Origin: Candidatus Onthousia faecigallinarum
Lineage (GTDB): Bacteria > Bacillota_I > Bacilli_A > RF39 > UBA660
Assembly (NCBI GenBank): GCA_018716225.1
Contig: DVKE01000011.1
Coordinates: 1 to 49,265 of the forward strand
Direction: 5' to 3'
DNA: 49,265 nucleotides
The position numbers were made by a program, and so were the translations under genes. Position 1 is the first letter of the stretch, and every line of letters starts with the position of its first letter. This document shows positions 19,566 through 28,792 of this stretch, piece after piece. Under the pieces are notes generated by a model that was not told where the DNA came from, did not search any database, and worked only from the letters and a program-made list of their open reading frames with translations.

Positions 19566-20351
19566 TTAAGAAGAAAAAGCAACGAAATCTGCTAAAAAAG
19601 TTAAGATATCTGAAGAAGTAACTTTTAAGAAGAAAAGAAATAAAGCCGAAAGCAAAAGAAATGGTCCATAAGGAATCATCGGTTCTTTTCTTCGATAATA
19701 AAGAAAAAGCGCAACCGGCAAAGCAATAAAACTACCAAGAAAAACAGCCACAAGACCTACAAGCGGTTCCAAAAACAACCCAATCACAAAAAGAAGTTTT
19801 ACATCTCCCCCACCGAGACTTTCTTTTTTAAAAAGAAAATTGCCTAGTTTCATCAAACAAAACATAAAAAGAAAAAGAACAGCACCAGAGAAAAGAGAAG
19901 AGGCAAGAAGAGAAAAACCTCCTTGAAAAAAACGTACAACAAGAAAACAGATAGCAAAGAACAAAAGAACAGAATCTGGAATAATCATATAAAGTAAATC
20001 ACTTGTTAATACAATCAAAAACAAAGAAGATGCCAGTAAAGCAATCAAAAGATCAAAAGAAAAGCCAAAAGAATAATAACTAACCGCAAATAAAATTCCA
20101 GTAAACAATTCGATAAAAGTAGAAAAAGGACTCACTTTCTGTTTACAATAACGACATCTTCCTCTTAAAAAAAGATAAGAAAAAATAGGAATCATATCAA
20201 GAAAAGAAAGTGAATGATGACAAGAATCGCAATAACTACGTCTTTTTATAAAATCTTCATTTCTTCCTAAGCGCATTCCTACGACACAAAAGAAAGAGCC
20301 AAAGAAAAGCCCTATCACAAAAAACATAACAATCAAAACTATTTCCATCAA
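19566..20351 (-). CDS. Prepilin peptidase (A24, PilD/ComC type)
   Basis: GSFF...RSYCDSCHH...RGRCRYCK zinc motif, SDL and GGGDVKL catalytic aspartates, IPYGPF. Confidence 0.93.
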   Translation of the reverse strand: MMEIVLIVMFFVIGLFFGSFFCVVGMRLGRNEDFIKRRSYCDSCHHSLSFLDMIPIFSYLFLRGRCRYCKQKVSPFSTFIELFTGILFAVSYYSFGFSFDLLIALLASSLFLIVLTSDLLYMIIPDSVLLFFAICFLVVRFFQGGFSLLASSLFSGAVLFLFMFCLMKLGNFLFKKESLGGGDVKLLFVIGLFLEPLVGLVAVFLGSFIALPVALFLYYRRKEPMIPYGPFLLLSALFLFFLKVTSSDILTFLADFVAFSS

Positions 20352-20356
20352 ACCAC

Positions 20357-21745
20357 CTACTGAATCTTTCCATAAATATCAAACATTGGCATAACGACCG
20401 ATAATAAAATAATACCAACAATGAAAGCTAACAAACCAATCATTAAAGGTTCCATTAAACTTTGCATTTGTTTAATCAAATTCTTATGCAACGATTGATA
20501 GTAATTCGCTACCTTTTCCATCATCATTCCTAATTGCCCCGTATTTTCCCCAGTTACAATCATTTCATAAGCTGCAACAGGAAAAGCCCAGGATCCTTTA
20601 AAAGCATCAGAAACGGAGGCACCTTTATTTAAGTTAAGAATGGATTTATTAATCATACTTTTATATACTTCATTATTCGTAATCTTAGATAAAATCTCCA
20701 TACTATCAGTAATAAAGACCCCATGATTTAATAAAGAAGCAAAAGTTTTAGTAAAGTTATAGACCTCATTATAAATAATAATTTTACTCATTACCGGAAT
20801 ATGCATCATTAATGTTTGAATCGCCTTTCGAAAGCCTTTTACTTTCTTATAAAGAAAAATAATAAGTCCAACGACGAAAACAATACCAAGGATAATAAAA
20901 ATATAATTATGAACAAGAAAATCACTAACATTCATAATAAAAATAGTAAGGCTTGGCATCTCAGCATCATTTGTTTCATACATTTCTACAAAGCTAGGAA
21001 CAATTGAGACTAAAATGAAAATTAAAACAGCAATGGCAATACATAGGACAATCACCGGATAAGTCATAGCTGAAATCATCTGTTTTCTTGTTTCTTCTTT
21101 CGAAGTATAGTAATCAGCCATATCATCAAGAACCGAAGTCAAATCTCCCGTTAATTCCGCCGTTCTTACCATATTGACAAGAAGTTTTGGAAATTTATCT
21201 TTTTGACTTTCCATCGCATCCGATAAATTTTCTCCCTTTAATAACTGATAAATAATCTCCTGATAAACTTTGCGATGTTCTGGTTTCTCGGCTTGCTTTT
21301 CTAGAATTCGAACCGAATCAATCAACGGAATTCCCGCTTTGATATAAGTCGACAATTGGGTTAAGGTAAAGGACAAATCTGCCGCTTTAAATCCTCCTCC
21401 AATATTAATATCAACATCCAAAGCACTTCTTGGCGTAAGAGAAATAATTTGATAACCTTCATTGGTAAGAAAAGCACGAATCTCTTCAATCCCTTCCCCC
21501 TCTATTGTTCCTTGAATCTTCTTTCCGGCTTCATTTTTAGCTTTATAGCGGTAAGAAGTTAACGTTTTCTTACGATAACTTTTTTGCTTTTCTTTTTGAG
21601 CCGCTAACAATTCTGCCATTTCTTTTTCTGTTTCATCTTTTTCCTGCTTTGGTATACTATTTTCTTTCAAAGAAGAAAAATTAAAAGTAAAAAGAGCGCG
21701 AACAACATGATAAATTGCAATAAATGGTCGAAAGAATTGTTCCAT
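20357..21745 (-). CDS. Type IV pilus platform protein PilC/GspF family, with N-terminal extension
   Basis: YRYKAK...G; QLSTYIKAGIPL; AELTGDL; AMTYP; GENTGQL; LMEP...VMPMFDIY. Confidence 0.92.
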   Translation of the reverse strand: MEQFFRPFIAIYHVVRALFTFNFSSLKENSIPKQEKDETEKEMAELLAAQKEKQKSYRKKTLTSYRYKAKNEAGKKIQGTIEGEGIEEIRAFLTNEGYQIISLTPRSALDVDINIGGGFKAADLSFTLTQLSTYIKAGIPLIDSVRILEKQAEKPEHRKVYQEIIYQLLKGENLSDAMESQKDKFPKLLVNMVRTAELTGDLTSVLDDMADYYTSKEETRKQMISAMTYPVIVLCIAIAVLIFILVSIVPSFVEMYETNDAEMPSLTIFIMNVSDFLVHNYIFIILGIVFVVGLIIFLYKKVKGFRKAIQTLMMHIPVMSKIIIYNEVYNFTKTFASLLNHGVFITDSMEILSKITNNEVYKSMINKSILNLNKGASVSDAFKGSWAFPVAAYEMIVTGENTGQLGMMMEKVANYYQSLHKNLIKQMQSLMEPLMIGLLAFIVGIILLSVVMPMFDIYGKIQ

Positions 21746-21795
21746 ATTTGTCACCCTCTTATTCTAAAAAGATTATAACATTTTTAAGGCAAAGA

Positions 21796-21823
21796 CACAA
21801 GAGGGAAACAACTTGCATATATT
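21796..21823 (+). promoter_or_regulatory. Putative sigma-K-type promoter
   Basis: CACA-N16-CATATATT upstream of the AAGGTGA RBS of the YqfQ-like gene. Confidence 0.4.
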
Positions 21824-21840
21824 AAAACAAAGGTGATAAT

Positions 21841-22122
21841 ATGTACAATCAATATAGTCCTTGGGGGATGAATATGGGCTCCGTCAACTTTACACCAAAG
21901 CACCGTTTTAATTGGAATAATATCCTAAATAACACTCAAAAAACATTAGGAATCATTAATCAGGCCATTCCCCTTATTTATCAAATGGGACCGGTCATCA
22001 AAAATGCCAGAACTCTTTTTAAAATTGCCGGTGCGATGAACGAGAAAGAAGAAGATTCAACTCCCCCACCCCCAATAGAAGAACAAAAAAAGAAAGATAG
22101 TAATCTACAATTTTTCTTGTAA
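21841..22122 (+). CDS. VrrA/YqfQ-like protein
   Basis: ILNNTQKTLGIINQAIPLIYQMGPVIKNARTLFKI resembles the YqfQ core; AAGGTGA RBS. Confidence 0.65.
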   Translation: MYNQYSPWGMNMGSVNFTPKHRFNWNNILNNTQKTLGIINQAIPLIYQMGPVIKNARTLFKIAGAMNEKEEDSTPPPPIEEQKKKDSNLQFFL

Positions 22123-22135
22123 TTGCCATCTTTTT

Positions 22136-23311
22136 TTATTCATAAACTCTTCCTATTAAAGTCGCATTCCCAAAAGGAGCGGCATAACTAACCGAAGAAA
22201 GAACTTCATAAGCCAAATAATAATTACCCGTCAAATTTGTAATATTCAAATCAATGGTAAACCAAGTATCATTGCCTGGGGCAACAAGAGAAGTTTTATT
22301 ACTTGTCAGATCACTAATAAAGCTAGAATTTGTAGTTGCAACAGCGGTAGAAAAAGTAAGATTAGCACTTGCTCCAGATTGATAGCCTTGGGCCCGATAG
22401 GTAGCATAATGTGTCAAATCATAAGCTTTATTACTCCAAGCGACAACTCGAGAAAGACCATCCGAACCAAAGAAATACAGATAATGGCGATCAGTTTGCC
22501 ACTGAGCTGCCGAACTTGCCCCTTCTTGCTTCTTTTGACTCCAAGCACCATCATCGGAACTATCAAGAGCAAAAACAATCTGATCATCATGTTTCCATTT
22601 TGGCGATATCGTTACCGTTTGAGCAGGCATTTTAAAACTTGTCGTATTACTATCTAGTGTCATCAAAGTAGCCCCACTACTATCTCTAACGGTAGCACCA
22701 TAATAAGTAAAACCGGAATTGGGATTCGTCGTAAAATTAAGAGTTTTCCCTGCTGTAGCAGTATCAGAAACTGTAATGCTTCCCCCCGTTACCGTACGAC
22801 TACTAACATTAAAACTATTCACTTTACTAACCGCTGTTCTACCACTCTCAAGAACCACCGCATTATTTTCAAACCCCCCTTGAATTCCAAAAGTAACTGT
22901 TTGAGTACTATTACTATGATTTACTATATAAACTTCAATATCAAAAGGCTTACTATCAATTTGCGTACCTAATGTAGAATTTGGTTTCCCAAAAGCCGGA
23001 TCATAATAAACATCAACATTACTATTGTTTAAGTAATAAAGTTGATACCGACTTGCTGTTTTATTTAAACTACTAACAATCAAAGTAAAAGAAGCTTCCC
23101 CATTTGCCGGTACACTAACTCTCCCATTTGTTACACCTACCCCACTAATAGAATAATTAAAGTCTCCAATTTCAATACTAATGGCCTTCCCTTTTTCTTT
23201 GGTAACCGTAAACATAGCATAAGAAAAATAGCCACCAATACATAAAAGCGAAATAATAATCGCCACAATAGCATAGACTTTTGGCACCGTCACCTTCGAT
23301 AATTTTTTCAT
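22136..23311 (-). CDS. Secreted protein with TasA/SipW-type signal peptide and a divergent InlB B-repeat-like domain
   Basis: Signal ending YFSYA|MFT; GGSITVS...NPNSGFTY...SFKMPAQTVTISPKW B-repeat pattern; S/T/N-rich beta C-terminus. Confidence 0.7.
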   Translation of the reverse strand: MKKLSKVTVPKVYAIVAIIISLLCIGGYFSYAMFTVTKEKGKAISIEIGDFNYSISGVGVTNGRVSVPANGEASFTLIVSSLNKTASRYQLYYLNNSNVDVYYDPAFGKPNSTLGTQIDSKPFDIEVYIVNHSNSTQTVTFGIQGGFENNAVVLESGRTAVSKVNSFNVSSRTVTGGSITVSDTATAGKTLNFTTNPNSGFTYYGATVRDSSGATLMTLDSNTTSFKMPAQTVTISPKWKHDDQIVFALDSSDDGAWSQKKQEGASSAAQWQTDRHYLYFFGSDGLSRVVAWSNKAYDLTHYATYRAQGYQSGASANLTFSTAVATTNSSFISDLTSNKTSLVAPGNDTWFTIDLNITNLTGNYYLAYEVLSSVSYAAPFGNATLIGRVYE

Positions 23312-23441
23312 AGCATCACTCTCTTATTATAACCTTATCTTAAGTAAAGTTTAACACACTTTTCGAACCACTTCAACTTTTCTTACCGAAAAAACTGTAA
23401 AGTGCCTTCAAAAGTTTTTTCTCTTTTTAAACGAGTGAAAC

Positions 23442-23467
23442 AAAAAAACGTGATTAAAAACCACGTC
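23442..23467 (-). terminator. Rho-independent terminator of greA
   Basis: - strand GACGTGGTT-TTT-AATCACGTT followed by a T-tract. Confidence 0.65.
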
Positions 23468-23468
23468 T

Positions 23469-23942
23469 TTATGCAATGTTAATAATTTCCACTTCATAAG
23501 ATCCATTCGGACTTTCTACCGTAATAATATCTCCTACCTTATGATTCATAAGAGCAAGGGCAATTGGACTTTCATTCGAAATCCTTCCTTCAAAAGGATC
23601 CGCCTCTTGACTTCCTACGATTTGATATTCATCTGAATCATCTGGATCATCTACATATTTAATTCCAACCGTACTTCCAAGTCCAACTTTATCTTTCGGA
23701 ATATCTTTAATAATTTCAACATTCTCAAGCATCTTTTCAATGGTTTTAATTCTTCCTTCAATTTGCGCTTGCTCATTTTTAGCAGCATCATAATCGGCAT
23801 TTTCAGATAAGTCTCCTAGGCTTCTTGCTTCTTTAATCGCTTGAATATTAGCAGGCCTTCTTACATTTATTAATTCATCTAATTCTTTCTTTAAATCATT
23901 TAATCCTTCTTCTGTTAAATAGACTACTTTTTTATTTCCCAT
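23469..23942 (-). CDS. greA: Transcription elongation factor GreA
   Basis: LTEEG...EARSLGDLSENADYDAAK...ISNESPIALAL...SPNG. Start ATG 23942. Confidence 0.97.
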   Translation of the reverse strand: MGNKKVVYLTEEGLNDLKKELDELINVRRPANIQAIKEARSLGDLSENADYDAAKNEQAQIEGRIKTIEKMLENVEIIKDIPKDKVGLGSTVGIKYVDDPDDSDEYQIVGSQEADPFEGRISNESPIALALMNHKVGDIITVESPNGSYEVEIINIA

Positions 23943-23997
23943 TTTTATCACCTCAATTATTTTTTTATGTAGTCATACTACTCATAACATGATTCAA

Positions 23998-24026
23998 AGT
24001 ATAGCATATTTTATGCAATTTTTCAA
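23998..24026 (-). promoter_or_regulatory. sigma-A promoter of greA
   Basis: - strand TTGAAA-N17-TATACT with TG extension. Confidence 0.6.
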
Positions 24027-24050
24027 GAGTTTTTTACTTATTTTTACATC

Positions 24051-24749
24051 TCATTTTTTCAAAATCCACCGGATAATTTCCCTTTTTATCTGATAATATT
24101 CTTCTTCCTCAAATTGCATATTGGCAATGCAAAATCGCTTATTGGCAATATGGGCACAAAACATACATTCATAAAGTTGAAAGCAATCTTGAATAAAGAA
24201 AGAGTGCATAATTTTATTAGAACAAATCACCTGATAACTATTACTACAGCCACTGGAATCAAAGACGCGAATACAAAAATTACAAGATCCAGATCGAAAA
24301 GAAGCAAGTAGAAACTCACTCTTCCCACAAGATTCACAGAAAACTAAGTTTTTGGAATCACTGCAATCACTTGAATGAAAAATATTTTCACAACGATAAA
24401 TGGTGTCACTTTCACTAACATTTTCTGAATCATAGACTCTTTCGGTCGTCATTAAATTCACGTCCTCCCACAAGGTAAGAAGTTCTTTTAAATTATGAAT
24501 GTCCTGTTTTTCCCGCATCCATCCTTCTTCTCTTTCTTTTTTCTGCATATTAAAATTGGTTATAAAGGCTTTGTTACGACAAGGATTAACCCAAGTCAGT
24601 TGATTGGTGATCGAATCTTTTACCCTTTCTGGCAAGCAAAGATCAAAAGCAAAAAAATCTTTGATTTCCTCCAAAGAAAAGGGATTATCATTTTCAAAAA
24701 TGGCTTGAAATATCTTTTGGATGATTTCTAGAGCTTGTTCTTGACTCAT
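24051..24749 (-). CDS. Cys/Ser-rich beta-solenoid-like hypothetical protein
   Basis: 14 Cys with 6-7 residue periodicity (DSENVSESDTIYRCENIFHSSDCSDSKNLVFCESC...), ending FCIANMQFEEEEY; AAAGGAG RBS. Confidence 0.7.
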   Translation of the reverse strand: MSQEQALEIIQKIFQAIFENDNPFSLEEIKDFFAFDLCLPERVKDSITNQLTWVNPCRNKAFITNFNMQKKEREEGWMREKQDIHNLKELLTLWEDVNLMTTERVYDSENVSESDTIYRCENIFHSSDCSDSKNLVFCESCGKSEFLLASFRSGSCNFCIRVFDSSGCSNSYQVICSNKIMHSFFIQDCFQLYECMFCAHIANKRFCIANMQFEEEEYYQIKREIIRWILKK

Positions 24750-26601
24750 ATTTTCTTCTCCTTTCTAGAGCATTCTCTTGCAGAAATTCTTTCATAGTTA
24801 TTCCTTCTTCACAAACAAAGGAAAAGGATTTGACTTTTTCTTTCCGCTTTTTTTCTTCTATCATTTCTTTTTTTCTTTCGTGTTCTCCTCTTGCCTTAAA
24901 ATCAACGGTTCTTCCTAAAAAAGCTGGTAATAAAACCCCATCTTTACTAAGACGAAGAAGACATTCTCGATCTTTTAAATTCGCAAGAACCTCTACTTTT
25001 TTCTCCTTGCGATCATCCAAAGGAATCTTCATTGACAAATTATCAACAAAAAAGGAAGCATCCCCTTTCGATAAGCGAAATAAATAATAGTTAGAAACAT
25101 TCGCCAAAATAGCATTTTTTAAAGATTCGGATATCTGATTAAAATATTGACCGGCCAACAGTAAGGAAACTTGATACTTTCTAGCCTCGGACAAGAAACG
25201 AGGTAAAATGGGATTTTCTACCCGCGCTACTTCATCAATAATAAAAATAAGATGCTCTTTTCTACCCTCTTGCGACATCAAAGAAAAGATCTGCTGCATA
25301 ATTAACCCTGCTAACGTTTTCGTAATCTTATCTCCTAGTTTTCGTCGTTCAAAAGAAAATAACGTAACCCCATTCTTTTCGATCATCTCTTTTAAACCAT
25401 CTTCTTCTATTCTCTGATGAAAAAAAGGTAGTAAATCCACTTCATCAAGAAATGATAAAATAGGTGCAATCGCCTGCGAATAGGATTGGGTTTTTAATTC
25501 ATTAAAATCCGAAAGAAAAAAATCGAGAATACTAAGAGGAAGATGTTCTTTGTACTCTTTAAGGATAGAAGTGCGATAAGAAAGATCAAGGACTAACTTT
25601 TTTAAAGTCTGAAAATGAAATTGTTTGGCCGTTAACAAAAGATAAATCGAATAACGTAAAACTCTTTCCAATTTCGGATTGTACTGATCTTGTAATAAAG
25701 TTTGAAAAAGCTCAAGAAAAAGTTCCGTATCCGCGATAACATCACTATCTTTATTTTGGAAAAGATCAATACTATTTTCTAAATCCATAAAATCGATGAC
25801 TTTACTAAAAGTCCCAATTTCTTTTTTTAAAGAAGCATGGGGATCGATGATGATAAATTTGTAATGGGAAGAAAGGGAAGGATTTTCTAGAATTCGGGTG
25901 ATAAATAAACTGATAAATTTTGATTTTCCCGAACCACTAGAACCAAATAACACCGAATGCTTAAAAAAAGAATAGTCTTCGGGATGCAGATAACGTTTGG
26001 TTTGATCATAAGGAAAGGGATCGATTTCAAACAAAGATGAAGTAGGATTTGGTGATAAGAGAGGTAGTACCTTTTGGAGAGCAAAATAAGTTGGCGGAGT
26101 TTTATAGAAGTAACGTTTGTTCTCTTCCAAGGAAGTGGATAAAAATCTAGCGGCATCAAAAAAGAAGAGGTGATATTTTTTTCTTTGCTCTTTCGCTTGG
26201 ACCGAAAGGAAACAAGAAAAATGAATATTCCCTTCATAAAGCTTTTGAAAAGTGATTTCGATAAGAACCAATTTTTTCTTCTTTTTGATCTCAAAATAAT
26301 TGAAAAAATCAATTAAAGTCCCAAAGTGAATCATGGGAAAAGAAAAAGTAGCGAAGCTATCTTCGTCGAAAGGAACATCGGCTTGTTTTAAAAGAACAGA
26401 AGAAAGGGAATCAATCATGGGCGGTAAGGCTCTTTTGGTTTTCACATAAAAACGAAAAGTATTCTCTTTCAAAAGAATAAAAAGTCTGCCCTTACGAAAT
26501 AAACCATTATATTTGGCAAGCGTAGAAAAGAAATGAATCCAGTCTTCTTTTTCTTGTCTTTTCTTTGTAAAATAAAGTTCATACCAAAACATCATGATCA
26601 T
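24694..26601 (-). CDS. HerA/VirD4(TraD)-like P-loop ATPase
   Basis: HSVLFGSSGSGKS Walker A, IIIDPH, IFIIDEV Walker B, LSEARKYQVSLLLAGQY. Start ATG 26601. Confidence 0.8.
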   Translation of the reverse strand: MIMMFWYELYFTKKRQEKEDWIHFFSTLAKYNGLFRKGRLFILLKENTFRFYVKTKRALPPMIDSLSSVLLKQADVPFDEDSFATFSFPMIHFGTLIDFFNYFEIKKKKKLVLIEITFQKLYEGNIHFSCFLSVQAKEQRKKYHLFFFDAARFLSTSLEENKRYFYKTPPTYFALQKVLPLLSPNPTSSLFEIDPFPYDQTKRYLHPEDYSFFKHSVLFGSSGSGKSKFISLFITRILENPSLSSHYKFIIIDPHASLKKEIGTFSKVIDFMDLENSIDLFQNKDSDVIADTELFLELFQTLLQDQYNPKLERVLRYSIYLLLTAKQFHFQTLKKLVLDLSYRTSILKEYKEHLPLSILDFFLSDFNELKTQSYSQAIAPILSFLDEVDLLPFFHQRIEEDGLKEMIEKNGVTLFSFERRKLGDKITKTLAGLIMQQIFSLMSQEGRKEHLIFIIDEVARVENPILPRFLSEARKYQVSLLLAGQYFNQISESLKNAILANVSNYYLFRLSKGDASFFVDNLSMKIPLDDRKEKKVEVLANLKDRECLLRLSKDGVLLPAFLGRTVDFKARGEHERKKEMIEEKKRKEKVKSFSFVCEEGITMKEFLQENALERRRKYESRTSSRNHPKDISSHF

Positions 26602-26674
26602 CTGTCCCCTTAGAAAAATTATAACAAAAAACAAAAAAGAAAACTGACTTTTCCCCTATCAGTTTTGTCAGTTT

Positions 26675-27469
26675 TTAATAAATCGGAACCAAAAAATCGG
26701 TAACTCCATCATGATAATATTCAAGCTCCGGCAAAGCTTTCAATTTATACTTACAAGCCGGAAGAAATTCTAAATAAAACTTATGAGACATCGCTTGAAT
26801 CTCCTTAGGATCTTGGGAAGAAATACGGAAACACAACCACTTAGAAGCCGGAACAACAATTCTTTGAGCCTCTCTCAATTGGCTTTTATATAAAACGAAA
26901 TAACCCGTACAATTTACTCGAGTCTCATCTTTATAAGTAATCATTCCAAAACTAGGTCCTTCTTCCGAACTGTATGCTTGATTAATTTTTTGATAAAAAA
27001 GAGGAGCTTCTAAGCCAATCGTCTTTTCGGTTGTCTCAAAGCCAAAGCCATATAAAATCTGAGAATCTAAAGAAAGTACTTGATACTCAAAAGGAATAAT
27101 TTCTTCATTGTTCTCTAATAAATGAAGTTTCGGAAAATTTTTGAGTCGACCAAGCGAAGAAACCCTGCTTGGTTTCACACCATGAAATCTTTCAAATGCC
27201 CGAGAAAAAGAGGTAGCATTTTGATATTGGTACTCCAAAGCTAAATCGGCAATTTTAGGCTTCTTTAATAAAAGATCAACCCCAGCATTTGATAGCCGTC
27301 GTTTGCGAATATAATCCCTTACCGTCATTCCAAAAACAAAAGAAAAGATTTGCCGCATCGTATAAACGTTTACCCCTAAAATACGCGCTAAAACGGAATC
27401 TTCTATTTTCTCTTCCAAATGAGTTTCAATATAATCGATCATTTCATTTAAAGCCCGATAACCCTGCAA
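26675..27469 (-). CDS. AraC-family regulator with C-terminal GyrI-like effector-binding domain
   Basis: IDYIETHL...DYIRKRRLS...YQYQNATSFSRAFERFHGVKPS HTH; C-terminal VPASKWLCF...PELEYY...VPI. Confidence 0.9.
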   Translation of the reverse strand: MQGYRALNEMIDYIETHLEEKIEDSVLARILGVNVYTMRQIFSFVFGMTVRDYIRKRRLSNAGVDLLLKKPKIADLALEYQYQNATSFSRAFERFHGVKPSRVSSLGRLKNFPKLHLLENNEEIIPFEYQVLSLDSQILYGFGFETTEKTIGLEAPLFYQKINQAYSSEEGPSFGMITYKDETRVNCTGYFVLYKSQLREAQRIVVPASKWLCFRISSQDPKEIQAMSHKFYLEFLPACKYKLKALPELEYYHDGVTDFLVPIY

Positions 27470-27486
27470 AACAAATCACTTCACTT

Positions 27487-28779
27487 CTATAATTCTCGTT
27501 GGTACCAAACATTCTCTTTCTGGTAGAAAAGACTACCTTCTTCAACCTTAATTTGCTGATACTCTGGTTTTAAAAGTACTTTCCCTTCATAATCAATTAA
27601 TCCTACCATTTTTCCCTTTGACACCAATAAATAAGGAGCATCCTCCACCAAATCAACAGATAAATAAGAATCCGTCAACAAATCCTTCTTGGCTTTATTC
27701 AAAAGTTTTATCACATTATTTTGATCTAAAACAAGAAAATGATCCGTATCTAATATTTGTATCCCAAGATACTCCAAAGGCAAGACTTCCTCTTCATTCG
27801 TATCAATCACTCCAAAATAGCCATTATTACCTACCACCGCAAGACCATCACTTGTAAAATCACCTGCTTGCGTAGAAGAATAGGCATAAGGAATAACCAT
27901 TTCTTCCTCTTCGTTGATGTAACCAGCAAGGCCATCTTCATTAACAACTAAAGCAAGACCACTTTCAAATGGCTTTAAAGCTACATAAGAACCAGTCAAA
28001 CTACGATCTTCTTCTTTCCTAGTATCATAAAGATGAATCTTTCCTTCTAGATCTGTATAATAAAGGATATTATCTGAAAAAGCAATAACATTTTTAAAGG
28101 AAAGAGGAGAACAAGAAGTTAAAACTCCATCTTGTAATAGAAAATACTGATTATCCGCTCCATTTGAGGCCTGAAAGAAAACATTATCCCCATCCACCAA
28201 AGGAAGAATTATCTGATAAGTTGGTTCTAAAAGATAATTGCCATCATGACCTACAATGCCATAAAGACCATCAACAGAAACAAGAAAAGCTGTGCCTACT
28301 TCTTCTACCGTTTGAAAAGAAGAAGCCCCCACTTGATTTCCGGCTCGATCCAAAAAAGCATAATTCATCGCCGAAGAAACTAAAAACAAATTAGAATCAA
28401 GAATCGTTACAGACTCATATTGAGCCGGAAGTACTTCGTTCCCTTCCGCATCAATGACTCCTACTAAATTAGAAATATCCGTAAAAGGTGCCAAAGAAGA
28501 AGTAAAGTGCAAAGAAGAATAATCATAACTTCCATCTTCCTTTTGCAAAGAAGAAATCAAAGGATATTCACCAATGAACTTTTTCTCCTGATTATAATAA
28601 CGAAAGACATCCCCCTCTCCTTCCGTATAAAAACCATCATGATAAGAAAGATAATTTCCTTGAAAAGGCAATTGCACTTCACTCCCATGGAAAGCAGAAT
28701 GAAGAAAGAGGAAAACCCCACTGAAGCAAAGAATCACTCCACAAAGAACAATAATAATTAAGAAAATACGTCGTTTCAT
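27487..28779 (-). CDS. WG-repeat (KWG-like) surface protein
   Basis: N-terminal TM, then repeated (Y/V)GxIDxxGxxxLxxxY units. Confidence 0.8.
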   Translation of the reverse strand: MKRRIFLIIIVLCGVILCFSGVFLFLHSAFHGSEVQLPFQGNYLSYHDGFYTEGEGDVFRYYNQEKKFIGEYPLISSLQKEDGSYDYSSLHFTSSLAPFTDISNLVGVIDAEGNEVLPAQYESVTILDSNLFLVSSAMNYAFLDRAGNQVGASSFQTVEEVGTAFLVSVDGLYGIVGHDGNYLLEPTYQIILPLVDGDNVFFQASNGADNQYFLLQDGVLTSCSPLSFKNVIAFSDNILYYTDLEGKIHLYDTRKEEDRSLTGSYVALKPFESGLALVVNEDGLAGYINEEEEMVIPYAYSSTQAGDFTSDGLAVVGNNGYFGVIDTNEEEVLPLEYLGIQILDTDHFLVLDQNNVIKLLNKAKKDLLTDSYLSVDLVEDAPYLLVSKGKMVGLIDYEGKVLLKPEYQQIKVEEGSLFYQKENVWYQREL

Positions 28780-28792
28780 TTTTTCCTCCTTT

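Noticed and set aside
23990..24026. dif-like site (TTATG half-site)
   Set aside because: Poor match to the XerC/XerD arms; better explained as the greA sigma-A promoter.
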